DNA of 64,000 nt from Chiloscyllium plagiosum. Its lineage: Eukaryota. Within the stretch, counting starts at the first letter, position 1, and each line of letters starts with the position of its first letter. The notes beneath the pieces were generated by a model, which was not told the DNA's origin, made no database searches, and saw only the letters and a list, made by a program, of their open reading frames with translations. This document shows positions 1-13,000 of this stretch, piece after piece. The DNA is taken from NCBI RefSeq assembly GCF_004010195.1, contig NC_057756.1:4247603-4311602 (forward strand), read 5' to 3'. The position numbers were made by a program, and so were the translations under genes.

Positions 1-2404
1 CTCCGTACATGCTTCAATGTTCTAACATTGTTCTACCCAACATCACGACACTGTTCGTGAAAGAAATTGTTTCTTTCTCACATCTCCTTGTAACTTTCTC
101 CTTTCAAATTAAAGCGAGTAAGTACATTTCTAATCCGAAAAAAAGAAGGCTCCGAGTACCCAGTCTGCCCATGCCTCTCATGGTGTTGCCCTTCAACCAC
201 CAACGGTTCAAATGAAAAGAAATTGGGTTTTCTATTCTCTCCTTAAACCTAATTCCTTCCAAACTAGGCGAAAGTTGTTTTCTCTCTTTCTACAATTAGA
301 CAACATTTCCCACCTCTGTGATTAACCTCATATATACATATTACTTCGTCTGCCAGGATTTTAACTATTAAGCAAATTTTGATTATATGTTTCACCGTAC
401 ACTCGTTAATTCCTCTTGACTGTTTGCCACGATGCTAGAGATATTTGATTCTGTACCTAGAAAAAACAAATATGATAGTACAATTACTTGCATTATGAAT
501 GCGATTTTGACAGATGTTAAACAATCAAGTACAGCGTACTGGTCCATTTAACATTTGTCATATTGGGACATCATCCACAAAATGTCTCAGTCTGCTGATC
601 CCTTCTTATTTATTCACTCCTGCGTAAGTGGTTGGTCTTCTGCGACTGACCATCATGAGTTGCCCTTGAGGAGTTGTGGTGATTTGCCTTCTCGAAGAGT
701 TGCATTTCATGTGGTACTTTCTATCATTCTGACAAACTTTAATCCTTGCTAATGTAGTACCGCCAGCATTTTCGACTCTCACTGTATTAAGGGGTGAATA
801 CTTAATATCCCATGAAACTATGTTTGGAAATACATACTTAAATGCCTCTTGGGAGTACAGTTTTGAAGAAGATCAGGAAGCAGAAATCCAAAAATGCAAG
901 AATATGTCATCTGAGGACACTTGGATTTACGAACATTTTCTTCCTGTAATTACCAATTGTTTTCAGCAACTATTTTACATGTACAACTCGGCTGTAAAAC
1001 TGAATGAACGATTAAAGCAAATTTACTTTTGCTTGTGAACGTGACCAGATATTTACCATTTAATGAGACCCCACCGAATATCAAGATGAACTAACGAATA
1101 CAGATGTGTAAAAACGTAAACTGCTTCATCTTTATGGTTGTATTCTGGTCAATGAATTAGGTACCATTCGATAATAAGAAAAGATAAAGAATATTGCCTT
1201 GATGACAGATTATCTGACAGTGTATTAGTAAGCAAAATTTATAATGTTAGACTGCAATCCCGAAAAGACTTATGTAAAAAAAAACACATAAACCATATTG
1301 GCGACTCAACAGTGCACATCCACGTGTTGTGTTGCACACAAGTTTTCTTGAGTTTTACAGCGGTTGTATCATTAATGCAGCTTCAATTCATTATCCTTTG
1401 TAATGCTTAAATGAGTTTAACTTCTACGTAGGAATGCTTATACAGTAAGAATGAAATTGATTCATAAGCGAAGTTTGTGTTCTCAACTCTGACGAGTGAA
1501 TTCTTGTGTTGAATTTGCCTGCTGGATATCTCGGTTATATCACATTCAAACATGTATGGCTCCTATTGAAGGTCAAAGCTATTTGCACTCCTTTGACATA
1601 AAAAAATCTACAAAGAGCCCTTCTAAAGCATGTTTGTCTTTCATATAATTCTTACATATGAGAAATGAATTTGCAGCTTATAAAATGCATTAACAGATAT
1701 TACACGAAAGTTGGAACAGATCATACACGTTATAACATGGTAAAAATGTTAATGATATGTTTGCTGTTTATTATTTTATAACAAAGGAATGTTCAGCAAT
1801 TCTTATGAAAATTAGCCCAATAATTCATCTAGCCCGAGGTTTCGTTCATGCATTAATTAGTAAGCTGGCAATCCAAGCTTATGCAATATAATGCCATTCA
1901 TTTTTTGTCGGTTTTTAACAGTCAAAATTGAAATTTCATGCATATATGCATTTCTTTCTGCCTTGACATTCCTTGAGCACTGCAAGCACGTACAAAACAT
2001 GCAGTATATTGGACAAGAGAAGCATATTCTACCATCAATTTCAGATACTTAACTTTAGAAGTTATGCAGTGGAAAGCTTCTCATTTTTCTGAAATATACT
2101 GGGTCAACAATAGCTATACACGTTTGAGAAGCATGCCATGATTTTTCACTCGTATTTTCATTTGAACACAAACAGAAATTGCGTGAAAAGCTCTGCAGAT
2201 CAACATGTGTGGATAGAAATCAGAGTTCATATTTCGGTTGGTGTGAGCCTTTCTCAGAACTCTCGAACTAAAATGCGAACTCCAATTACTCTCCACTGAT
2301 GATGTTAGACTTGCTGAAATTTTCCAACAGTTACTGATTTTGTTTCTGACTTACAGCATCCGCAGTTGTTGGATTTTGACTTATAGTGATTTGGACTTCT
2401 GCAG

Positions 2405-2431
2405 GAGAACAGGTGAAATCAAAAGAAGATG
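2405..2431 (+). CDS. 27-nt phase 1-1 micro-exon of putative coiled-coil repeat protein, (G)EQVKSKED
   Basis: ggacttctgcag|GAGAACAGGTGAAATCAAAAGAAGATG|gtaaat; 27 nt, open in phase 1, ends in G like the other exons; aligns with GKQLEQKVK and GEKLEAQKK. Confidence 0.65.
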
Positions 2432-3904
2432 GTAAATATTTTTTAAGTCATATCAGAATAATTTTAAAGTGTCAATTTTAGCAATTTTCAGAGCGTAAAA
2501 TCTTGTGTCTATCATGCCAGCAATATGTGTGTTAGTTTTACTTTGTGTTTCATAGTTTTTGCTACTGCACGCATGGTTGCATTTTCATGCAGCTCATGGA
2601 AATAATGAGGTAAGATACAGCCTAGGAGACCAGCCTAAGTAGCCATCATTTGGAAGCCCCATCATTTGCATTTTCGCTTCTTTTTAAGTATAAAGCAAAC
2701 TTTCCATGATTCAAGATTAACCCAGTGCTTTCACGGCATCCCTTGTTTGTTCCAGTAGTTCTGCTTTAAGAGAGGCAAATTGTCTTTTAATCCACATATA
2801 ACTTTGGGTAGGATCCAGTACTGGGTATTTCCCTTTTCATATACTAAATGCATCACTGTGACAGTTTTAGAAAAAAAAACAAAAAAAAAATAAAATTTAA
2901 AATAATTATCTCAGTTGTGGCATAAATTGACAATTGTTAATAAGGCCATAAGTTGATTCATGTTATTACAGAATTGTTTCCTGTTGCTGTTGAGGAAGAT
3001 TTAATTTGCTTCTTCAATATTCTGACGGTCGCGGGAGAAGTGGATTCTTGTGAATGTGGAAATGAAAGTAGAATCTGGATAATGACTAACGTAGTGGATT
3101 GTGCATTTTTTTTAAAAGTCTGAAAATTTTTAAAAAGAACCTCAAAATTCTACAAAGTGAATTCCCACATTTAGAAAGGACTCAGCCGAAGCAAAACGAA
3201 GTGAAAGCATAACTTAGTTTTAATTTTGAAAGCTGAATTGACGGCTCTCTATCTGAATGGACACAGGAGCCGATGCATAACAGATACATTTTCGAGTAAA
3301 TTAAACGAGAAATGGCCTCATCTGTTTGTCAATGCTGAGATGCATTTAACAGTGGACAAATGGTAAGTTCTGTATTTTAATTGCAAGTTTACAATTGAGC
3401 AGGACGGGCAAAATATTTGGCATATCACTGCGAATGCTGGTGAAAACCACATAGTTATCAGGGGGAAATGAATTCATAGAATTGTGCCTTTTATATTTGG
3501 TGCCGATTCCATTCACCATACTTCACATCAAATAAATAACAGAAGAGAAAATTGAACAGTGACTTCCAAGACAAGGCATTGGGTGCCGCTATTATATTTT
3601 GAAGAGATTGGGAGCTTATATTCTTTTGAGTTCAGCTAAATAAAGATTTAATGCATTCACAAGGTGAATTTTGATTGATAGTTGACTTTGTGGCGTGAAT
3701 TTGAAAAACACAGTGACTATCATGTTATTAAATTGTCAAAAAAAATCTTTAATTTCAGGGGGGTTCTGTTCTTTCAAAGGTAGTATTTATTTGTAGTTTT
3801 CCAGCAGATTATTCAGGAATATCTGTAAATTATCAAATTAAGTATTGAAATCCACCAAAATATTCATTGATTAACCATGCCATTCTTGTCCATGATTTCC
3901 AAAA

Positions 3905-4050
3905 CTGCAGATGTGGGCGGTTAGCACATTAAATAGAGCACGACAGCGATATGGCCGTGTAGGTCTGGGTGATACCTTGTTCAGAGGGCCAGATTGGATA
4001 CAGTGGACCGAATGCCCTACTGCATTACTGTAGGATTCTCTGATTCTATG
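3905..4050 (+). mobile_element. CR1 LINE / SINE-type 3' tail fragment
   Basis: ggaccgaatgccctactgcattactgtaggattctctgattctatg resembles the CR1 3' end with an (attctatg)-type tail. Confidence 0.55.
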
Positions 4051-4188
4051 GTAAGACTATCGTCCAGCCATATGCAGGCTGTGAAGGAACAATATGTCTT
4101 CGATTCTAAGTTGACGCAGTGTGTTAAATGTGATGAACACAAATCAAATGACTGTCTCATTATTATGTTTCAATTTACTTTATGTCAG

Positions 4189-4224
4189 AATTGGCCAAAT
4201 GCAAAGACGAGCTCGAGAAGCTAG
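4189..4224 (+). CDS. 36-nt phase 1-1 micro-exon, ELAKCKDELEKL
   Basis: tttactttatgtcag|AATTGGCCAAATGCAAAGACGAGCTCGAGAAGCTAG|gtgagt; strong donor; peptide homologous to ELAECKKTIKDL at 60597. Confidence 0.8.
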   Translation, partial: NWPNAKTSSRS

Positions 4225-4535
4225 GTGAGTTGAATGTTGAAAACAAAATTCCACATTACTTCATTCAACTTCTACGAACGATTTTTACTTATATGCAGTT
4301 TATTTGAATCAAGCATAACACATTTTATAAATGCATAGTTTGAAGTAAGGCCCATCACAGACTGTGTTTGAAGAAACTCTGTGAACTATAGTATGATGTC
4401 TACGCCTTAAGATCTTCCTTCTGATTTGAGACAATGAATATCAAGTTCGACAGCTTTTGACTTTTCGTGAAAAATAAAATTATCCAACATAATGATGCAT
4501 TTTTACTCCAGCATTAAAAAAATAACGCCCAAACT

Positions 4536-6270
4536 GTCATGAATCCATGGAGATATTCAGCACAGAAACGGACCCTTCGTTCCAACAAATTCAGACAGAA
4601 AGTAATTCCAAGCAATACTAGTACCACCTGCCGACACTTGGCCTATAGCCCTTCATATCATTCCTATTCGTGTATTTATACACATGCCTTGTAAACGATA
4701 CTATGTATCCACATCCACGACATCATCAGGAAGTTTATTCCACTTGTGAAACGCCCTTGGTGAAAAACGATTATACCCTTTTTCAGACTCTCTCTTCCCA
4801 CTGTAAAATTGTGCCCCCAGTCTTAAAGTCCCCATCCTTCATAAAAGAAAATTACTAATAACTATATCTGTAACCATAATAATTTTATAAACTTTTCTAA
4901 GGTCGCCCCTCAACTTCCTACGTTTCAGCAAAAATAGAGTCTGCCTATACTAACATAAGGTAATGAATCAGAGCAGATGATCGACGTTTCAGTAGGAAAA
5001 CATTTTGGCCTTAGCAAACACAATGCCATAAGAGTTCAAGTGTCATGGATGGGGACAAGCATGATCATCGGATCCAAGTGCTGAATTGGGCAACGTCCAA
5101 TGTCATTGAACTTGGATAAAAACAGCTAATGTGGATTGCAAGCAGTTATCTAAAAGTAAATATACATATGACCTGTGGGAGGCAATAATATACAGTTGAT
5201 TAAGGTGCAGGGTATGCATGTCCCTGCAAATGTGAAGGAAAGCAAAAGCAGTATTCAGGACCAATTGGAAAGAGTAGAATGGGCAGCTTCAGCAAAAAGG
5301 GGGAAGAACATATGATCGATCTCGGTAAGAACAACAGCAGCCAAATGGAATGGTGTGTGCATTGTTGATCACCACACTAAAAGAAGGACGTGGAAGGTTT
5401 GGAGGGAGTGTCGTGAATGTTCAGCAGGATGTTGCCTGGTCGCGAGGGCGTTCATTATCAGGAAACGTTAAAAAGACTAGTATTGCTCTCACTGGAAGGA
5501 CGGCGGCTAACAGGAGACCTGATAGAGATCTAAACAATTATGATAGGCATACATAGGGTGGAAAGTCAAAGGCTTTTCTCGCTATTTTGAAGTTTCACTT
5601 ACAAGAGAGTACAGATTCAAGGTGAAAGGGTGCAAGATTACATATGAGGGAAGTGATCGGAGCCTGGACTGCACTTCCAGAAGAGATGGTGGACGGTGAT
5701 AGGCTTGCAACATTTAAGAGTCACCTCGATGTTTCCATGAAGGGAAGGGGATAGAAGAATATGGACTGAATATAAGCAGAAGTTTTATATTTCGTTTATT
5801 AATGGCATGATGATTGGCAGAAGCTTGCATGCCTAAAGGGCCTCTTCTTATGCTGCACAACTATTCCATACCTGGCAGCATCCTGTACGCCTCTTCGACA
5901 TCCTCTTCAGCATATTAGCACCATTTCTGTAATGGGAAGCCAGAACTGAACACAGCATTCCAGAATAGACGCCATCAACGCCCTGTATAAATTCAACATG
6001 ACTTCTCAACTCGTATACTTAAAAGTTTGAGTCATCACACCTTTTTAGCACCCTCTCTGGATGTGATGCAAACTTCAAAGAATGATGCACCTTCACCCAT
6101 ATCCCTCTGTTCTACAATACCACTCAAAACCAGACCATTAATTGTAATAATATTTTTTTTGTTACACCAAAATGTAATACCTCACATTTATCGAGATTTT
6201 GTCCAACTGCCTCATCAAAGCCTATCAACCCATTTGATCAAGATCCCTTTAAACCTTGTGATTGCTCTAT
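4536..6270 (-). mobile_element. Decayed CR1 LINE 3' region, split by a + strand CR1 insertion (about 4950-5870)
   Basis: Minus-strand CR1 tail (cagcacagaaacggacccttcg) and RT 3' end (cagaactgaacacagcattccag) flank a + strand CR1 piece (caggatgttgcctgg; ggagacctgatagag). Confidence 0.65.
4950..5870 (+). mobile_element. Decayed CR1 LINE fragment nested in the minus-strand CR1
   Basis: Ends with CR1-type 3' sequence (gcctaaagggcctcttcttatgctgcac); ORF2 C-terminal remnants. Confidence 0.6.
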
Positions 6271-6506
6271 TGAATTCAAATGAGAGTATCGTGTTTAAAA
6301 GCTATTACAGGTTGGATTTATATACTTCACAGATTTCTCCGATCCAGTATTATTTTATAAATAAACTGTAAAGTCTGCTTTCGACTTGCCTAATGACTTC
6401 TAAGTTCCAAGTCGGTAGTCAGTCACTTAGTCCAACATAGACAAAGTTGCCAACTCAAGTGAAGGTGATCATCAATTGTTGTTACCGCGAGACTGTTAAT
6501 TCATAG

Positions 6507-6620
6507 TCAAGATTAAAGTGGTTTTGGAAAAGCACAGAAGATCAGGCAGCATTCGTAGAGCAGGAAATCGATGCTTCAGGCAGGAGCCACTCATCGACAT
6601 CTGCAGTCCTCACTTTCTCC
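6507..6620. mobile_element. Short Penelope-derived insertion with 14-bp target-site duplication
   Basis: ggaaaagcacag...caggcagcat...catctgcagtcctcactttctcc flanked by ctgttaattcatag at 6493-6506 and 6621-6634. Confidence 0.7.
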
Positions 6621-9600
6621 CTGTTAATTCATAGAGCCAGGTGATTCTATGAGTATGGGTATTCCATCACAACAGACTTTTGAATTTATTTGCAATAGAA
6701 ACCTGACATTAAGTGCCGCAAGAAGGCAATGAAGAAGCGATGGTCAAAAAGAAAATGCTGGTCACTCATATCATTTACGAAAAATAATTGTCATCATTAT
6801 TTCGTCTCACCTGCATATGTCTCAAAAACAAAGTTAATGTGGTTGACTCGTAATTAATCCCCAGATAATCCAGGATACTGGTGATGTCCACATTGCATCA
6901 AATTAATAAAAACATGCTACTATAACGCATGATCAGATAGTCCACATCCGAGACGACAGATAAATATGTGATATGCTGCTTGATGATTCAATATAGATGC
7001 CTCTAATAGATAAAATTCCGAATGCATTTTTGACTAACAGTGTATATTGTATGAACATAGACGTTCGTTAATAATGCTAATTAAAATGATTTGAAAGAAG
7101 TCCAGCATTTTAGTTTGGAGCAAAACTGTACTTACTTTATAGGTGCAGAAATAAGTTGCTTGCATGTCGTGATGAAAAATTTCAAGTCATTACATTTGAG
7201 CCACGTATTGTTGCACACTGAGGAATTATCATAAAGAGAAGGCAAAATGTGGAAGTGAAATTCATCTGGTCAGCCATGTAATGATTCATTTATAGAAGGA
7301 CCGGAGATTTCAAGTAGCCTTCTTCATCTCCAATTCCTCATTGTCAGACAGTCTAATATTAATTTCTCGTGTTTTCTTGTATTCAAAAACAAGCATACAT
7401 CTGAATCTAGAAATCAATGTGTTGTCACATCAGATGCTCAATGATATTTCCAAAGTTAATCTTTTGCTCGCGTAATTAATAAATACATTTGGCCACCGAA
7501 TTGATACCATTTGAGAGTAAATTAATGGCTGAGAGTGGAAAGACTCCAAGTGAATTGTTGAAATAATAAACCAAGCCTTAAAACTGATTGTCAATACTAA
7601 AAGAGTTCAACAGCAAACAAGTGCAAACATTTTCAATTTTCCTGACAAATTTGGGCTATGTAACATGAACACATGATATGGAATGTCCATGAATAAAGAA
7701 GTGAACACATTCATCACATACAATATTACCCATGGCACGAAAATGGAGACAACATAGTAGAACTCATATAAAAACTATGGACTTCCTATATTTTACAGTC
7801 GATGGAGTAGCTGACACAGTGTTGAAACAGAAATATTTTTTCATCAGAATGGTGGGAATTCCAATTACCTAACAACATGTTTCAGACAAGTAAGAAAGAC
7901 ATTTTTGACTGTAAAATGGCATAAATACATGAAGTCAACAATATAATGCGGCGTGGATGATGTGATTTTTTAGGTAGGACTCAAGAATAAGTTTTGGATC
8001 AGTAGCACACCTGCAGACAAGTTGACATTTGTGTTACTTTCTATGTTTTATGAGCATTGTAAGTAATTAGAAGGGGAAGAAAAAAGAATTTCAGGCTTTA
8101 GGTTTTTTTGCAGGCAACGCTTTTCGCAGACAATATCACACAAAATGTTTTATGTGCAGCTGAGAAGCTGAAAGACAAGAAAAAAATGAAAGTCATTAAT
8201 GCAGTTTTTTTTTTGCAAATATCACGTATGTGCCAATAGATTAAACTCGAAGTATTCACCCTGGAAGTGATCATCACCATACGTTTTATCAAATTTTCTG
8301 ATAGGCCGTTTCAACATTATAAAACTGATTAGCACACACTTATGTATTTTCTGGGACGGGTCAGGACCTGCTGTTGGAATTGGCTACTGATACTTTGGTG
8401 AAGGCGTTGTCAGCACGTCCAGCCCAGTGGTGAATGATGTCTCCTGAGTTTAGATTACTTTGTCATTGGTTGGGTCTGAACGGGCCTCCTGTGAAACAGT
8501 GGCAGAAATACATCAAAGCGATATTTACGAAGTTCATTCAGCAGCGAGAGGCGAGACTTTGATACTGGTTAGTTCAGTGGATGCAGTGGCAAGGCAGTGA
8601 CTGAGGAACATCCGCCTAATGATGAATGGTGGCACCTGATCAACAGTGACTTCGACATTGATTTAGTTTCTTGCAGATGACGGTGTAGCAGTGCAGGAGA
8701 GATGGCATCACAAGCATTGTTGATGATGATTGGGTCGTTCAGAACTGATGGGTTCTCTTTAAGCTCTTAGAGAGACTTTCTCTTTTCCCTTGTCACAGTA
8801 TTTCGAAATAACACTGAATCGTGGCGACGCTTGAAAGCTTTTCAATGTATTTTATGGTATTATCACTGTAAGATACATGTGAAAATGAAATCATCAAATC
8901 ATTAACAATATTATTCCGACATGCATCTATGATACAGATCTTCAACAATGTTAGAATATACCGAACTTTATTTTGATTGAATTTACAAATGATTAATGTC
9001 AATATTGAAATAAAAAACAGCCAAAATGTGATCACTCATCTGTGAAATATTTCTTCATTATTAATTTTTGTTTCAGTCCGTGTTGACATCAATCTTTTAA
9101 ATAGAGACTGCAACTTCAACACACTGAATATGCCTGTCTACCAATTCAATGTTCAAAACATAAAACAAACCTATCGCCAATGTGAATATGATATTTTGTT
9201 GTTTGGTTAATTAACCACAGCAGTAAGACATGGTAAAATGATGGTTGTTTGTTTCTATCTTTCAAGTGATGGCCATTTTAGGCCATTTTAAGTTGTTGAA
9301 ATGAGTATGAGGAATAGTTGCAGAGACTTTAGAATGCAGATGTAGAAAGGCGAGCTCATGAAAAAAAAGTGAATCCATCGAATACGGAAAATATTTATTT
9401 TGTAAATTGCAGCATTGCGAATTTTAATTAAATTTAATCAACGTGTAGGAGCCTAAAACCGAAGAAAAATGTACGAATTTTCACAGAACTGACAATAACA
9501 GTATGTGAACACAACTAGGGCATTATAAAACCCCAAGCAACAACAACATTTCTGTGCATAATATTTTGAAATGCTTCCTCCAAATAAGTCAGACTATCAT

Positions 9601-11389
9601 TATATTCTACATTATAGATCTGAATATGTAATCAAAGGGACACAGCAATTGTCGTAAGGGTCTATAGTATCGTATTGTCTTCAAAACCTCTCTTTTGAAC
9701 ATGTTTACCTGGCTAAATAGTTTGATGTCACTATGTGCTAAATTTGTCGACGCTTCTCAGACGTTGTTAGATCAAATACACTGCAGGCACACAGGTATTA
9801 AACTGAAGAATGATGTTATGGAAGGATCTGTACTCGTAACAGAGTACATGTTCTCATTCAATGAAGTGCCTTTCATTTCTGTGCATTATCATATACTTCG
9901 CTTCAAGCAACTAAATAGCATGCAACAGATATGAAGGCGGAAGGATGCAACAGCTCCAGATTAGGGATATTTTTAGAAATGAAGGTTTAAGATTTCCCCT
10001 TCGCCATTTCTTAATGTTGTATGTTTTAATATGCCAGGCAAACCATCTGGCTGGGCAGAAAACCTTACAAAACATTTCCCTGTGCTCCACTGTAATGCAT
10101 TTACAAGCCGTAGTCTTTTCTGCACCGATTTGCCTCCTTTATAGATTTGGATCACTTCAATTTTGGAATAATGCATTTTCTTCTCTCCTCAAGATTCCTT
10201 TACACATTTGGGCGGAATATTCCTTCCAATTTCAATTTTCGCAGATTGGAGGTACTTGTGCACATTGTGGGCGGCTCACACTCTTTAATTTTAAACATAC
10301 AGCGTATTCAGCATAACAAAATCAATATGAGAACGTTCATCGTGTCCCATAAGGGAATTCTGCAATTTTATATCTCAAGAGCACTATGCTGTTGAATGGA
10401 AGCATTTCAGTACGTTATTAAAATAGTCAATCTTTTCTCCAGTACAGCCCAACCTCAAACCAAATGATGATGGCAATTGATATTTCAATTCATGAAATCA
10501 AATAGACAACAAAGACATGTGATTTCATATGTACCCAATCCATTTGTGTATGTCTACACGTGTAGAACTCAATAAGTAACACGATGGGAGATTTTAGCTC
10601 ACATGACATTATGGAAATCTCCCATGGTAGGTATATAACACAAGCTAGAGAGTTGACTTGAAAAGTCTTCCCACATTCAAGAGCATTTTGTGGTATATGC
10701 TAAGAGTGGAGGATGATGGATGATCAACTGCACAATTTGATAGAGATTAAAATTTCATGGATCTGCAGGGTGAACTATTGACGACCGATTGCCTGAACTT
10801 CATATTCACTGTCGAAAGACTAACTTGCACAACTTTCAGAGCAAAAGAGAAATGAACAATTTGCATACTGGGATTGAGGTTGACAAGTTAATGATGTACC
10901 TTACGCAGAATTCCGTTTGGGACATCGATGAAGGATGTTATGATGAAAGCAATGCAAACTAACACTTTTTTAATAACAAAAAGCAAAAACTTTCTCAAAA
11001 ATGCTCGGTGAAGTGTGCGTTTGGTCCTTGGTAGGAACTAACTTGGGAGCTCGTAATGTTGAACATAGAAGTGTCATAGCTCACTAAATTGTTTACCTCA
11101 CTTTTCAAGGTGAAGGACGTTACCGCAATTCCAATGGTAAAATGTAACGCAGAGCTTATATGAAAAAAAAGTGAAATTAATACATTTGTTTTCACCAGGG
11201 AAGAAAATACCGTGTAAGCATCTGACATTTAAGAGAGGCACATCTCCTCAACCCAATGGCACAAATCCTGTGGTTTTAAATAAAGTGGCAGCAGATGTTC
11301 ATAAAAGAGAGACTGGTGTAATGCTTTAATTCATAAAAGAGAGTTATATTATCTGTGAGATGCTGTAAACTATTGAGGCTAAAGTTTAA

Positions 11390-11790
11390 CAAATGGAACT
11401 CCGAAAGATCAAAAACAGGCCATTCAGCCCATCAGGTCTGCTCCACAATTCAATCGTGGCTGATACATTTCTCTACAGCATTCTTCCACTTTCACTGCGT
11501 CCACTTTACAATCGAGAACCCATCTATCTCCATCTTAAATATACTCAATGAGTTTAGCTTCACAGCCTTCTCTGACAGTGAATTCCATAAATTCACCATT
11601 CTCTGGCAGAAGCATTTCGTTGTCCCCGTTAAAGTTATTACTTTTACAGTAAGGCTGATACCTCGGGTCCTGCCTGTCTTACGAATGGAAACGTCTTCTG
11701 AACGTACACTCTGTCCAGTCCATTCAGTATCCTGTAAGTTTAAAATAGACACTCTCCTCATCCTTCTAAGCTCTAAATTCGTCAGAATTC
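11390..11790 (-). mobile_element. CR1 LINE 3' end
   Basis: Minus ORF 11492-11761 reads FCQRMVNLWNSLSEKAVKLNSLSIFKMEIDGF, the typical CR1 ORF2 C-terminus. Confidence 0.8.
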
Positions 11791-11869
11791 ATTAAAAATT
11801 AAGTTAAAGGCGAATATTTTGAAAGCCAAGGCACAGCTATCCATTCTCAGCTGGGTTTCTTGAACGGTT

Positions 11870-13000
11870 AAACAATGACTAATCTGCTAGCGCTCTCCCC
11901 AAGTGCAACGGGTAGATTGGATAATGGTGGGGCCGTAAGTGTGGTGTTCCTGGTTTTCGAGAAGAAATGTGATAAGCTGCAGTACAAAGGTTAACATACA
12001 AAAGACATGTGATAAGATAATAACTTGAATGGAATTCCAGCCAGCCGACATTCATGAAATAGTGGGAATAAATAGGTATATTTCTGATTGTCAACATCTA
12101 ATAAATAGGATACAACAGAGTTTTTCCTCAAGACAAAAAAAAATAATGAATTAAAGGCAGTGACAGCGGGTTCTTAAACCAGATTAACAGATGAAGCTAT
12201 AACAATGGAAACATAGCTTGCAATGAAGAAACATAAAGAAATATACAGGCAGATATGTATTGTTTCAATAAATTGATTAAATTTCGAGAGATGGATGTTA
12301 ATATGGATAACTATGCGGGTTTCCATTTTTGTCTGTTGAATACTAACACAGTTTATTACATACATTGAGAGATTTTTCAGAGTGTGTCTTTCAGAGGAAT
12401 TTATCTGCATTCATGCATTTATCAAAAGAAAAGCGTACAAATGAAACAGGTATTAAGTAACCAAGTAGACATTTCGAATTTATACTAAATTAATACAGCA
12501 CTTTAGTCTGAATGTGATGGTACAGGACATTACTCAGCTCACACCTGAAATACTGGGTACAATTGAAGTCCCTTTATTTGCGGAGGAATGTTAGGTGCAT
12601 TATAGACAGTCAGTGCATTGATTGCAGAGATGAGGGCTTCGTTTTGTGATGAGAGGTTCAGATTTACGCCAATAGACGCTATTGTGCATAAATAGGAGAG
12701 GAAATATAACTTATGTATAAAAGAATCTAATCGGGTTTGACAAAATAGGCAGGGAAACAGAGATGACCCTTGTGAGGCAATTTGGAAAACAAAACATCGT
12801 TTGTCTTTAAATATTAGCAGTTATAAAAGAGGAGCAAGCAGGAATTATTTCTATGGAAGTGTCAGGAAGCGACACTGTGGTGGATAAAGCAATGGTGTTT
12901 ACATGTAAGGAACACATACATTTTAATGTAGCAAACGGCGCAATATTTATGGAGAAGAGGTTGGAAAGGTAAGTTGAGGCTGAGATGAGTATAATCATAC
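11870..13000 (+). mobile_element. Highly decayed CR1 LINE RT and 3' region
   Basis: Remnants such as cacacctgaaatactgggtacaattgaagtccc and a CR1-like 3' end. Confidence 0.5.

Noticed and set aside
820..1038. ORF containing EAEIQKCKN, similar to ELAKCKD
   Set aside because: No polypyrimidine tract and no GT donor at the 36-nt position; likely coincidence
12932..12968. AG...gtaagt bounded 37-nt candidate exon
   Set aside because: Length not a multiple of 3 and lies in a CR1 3' remnant
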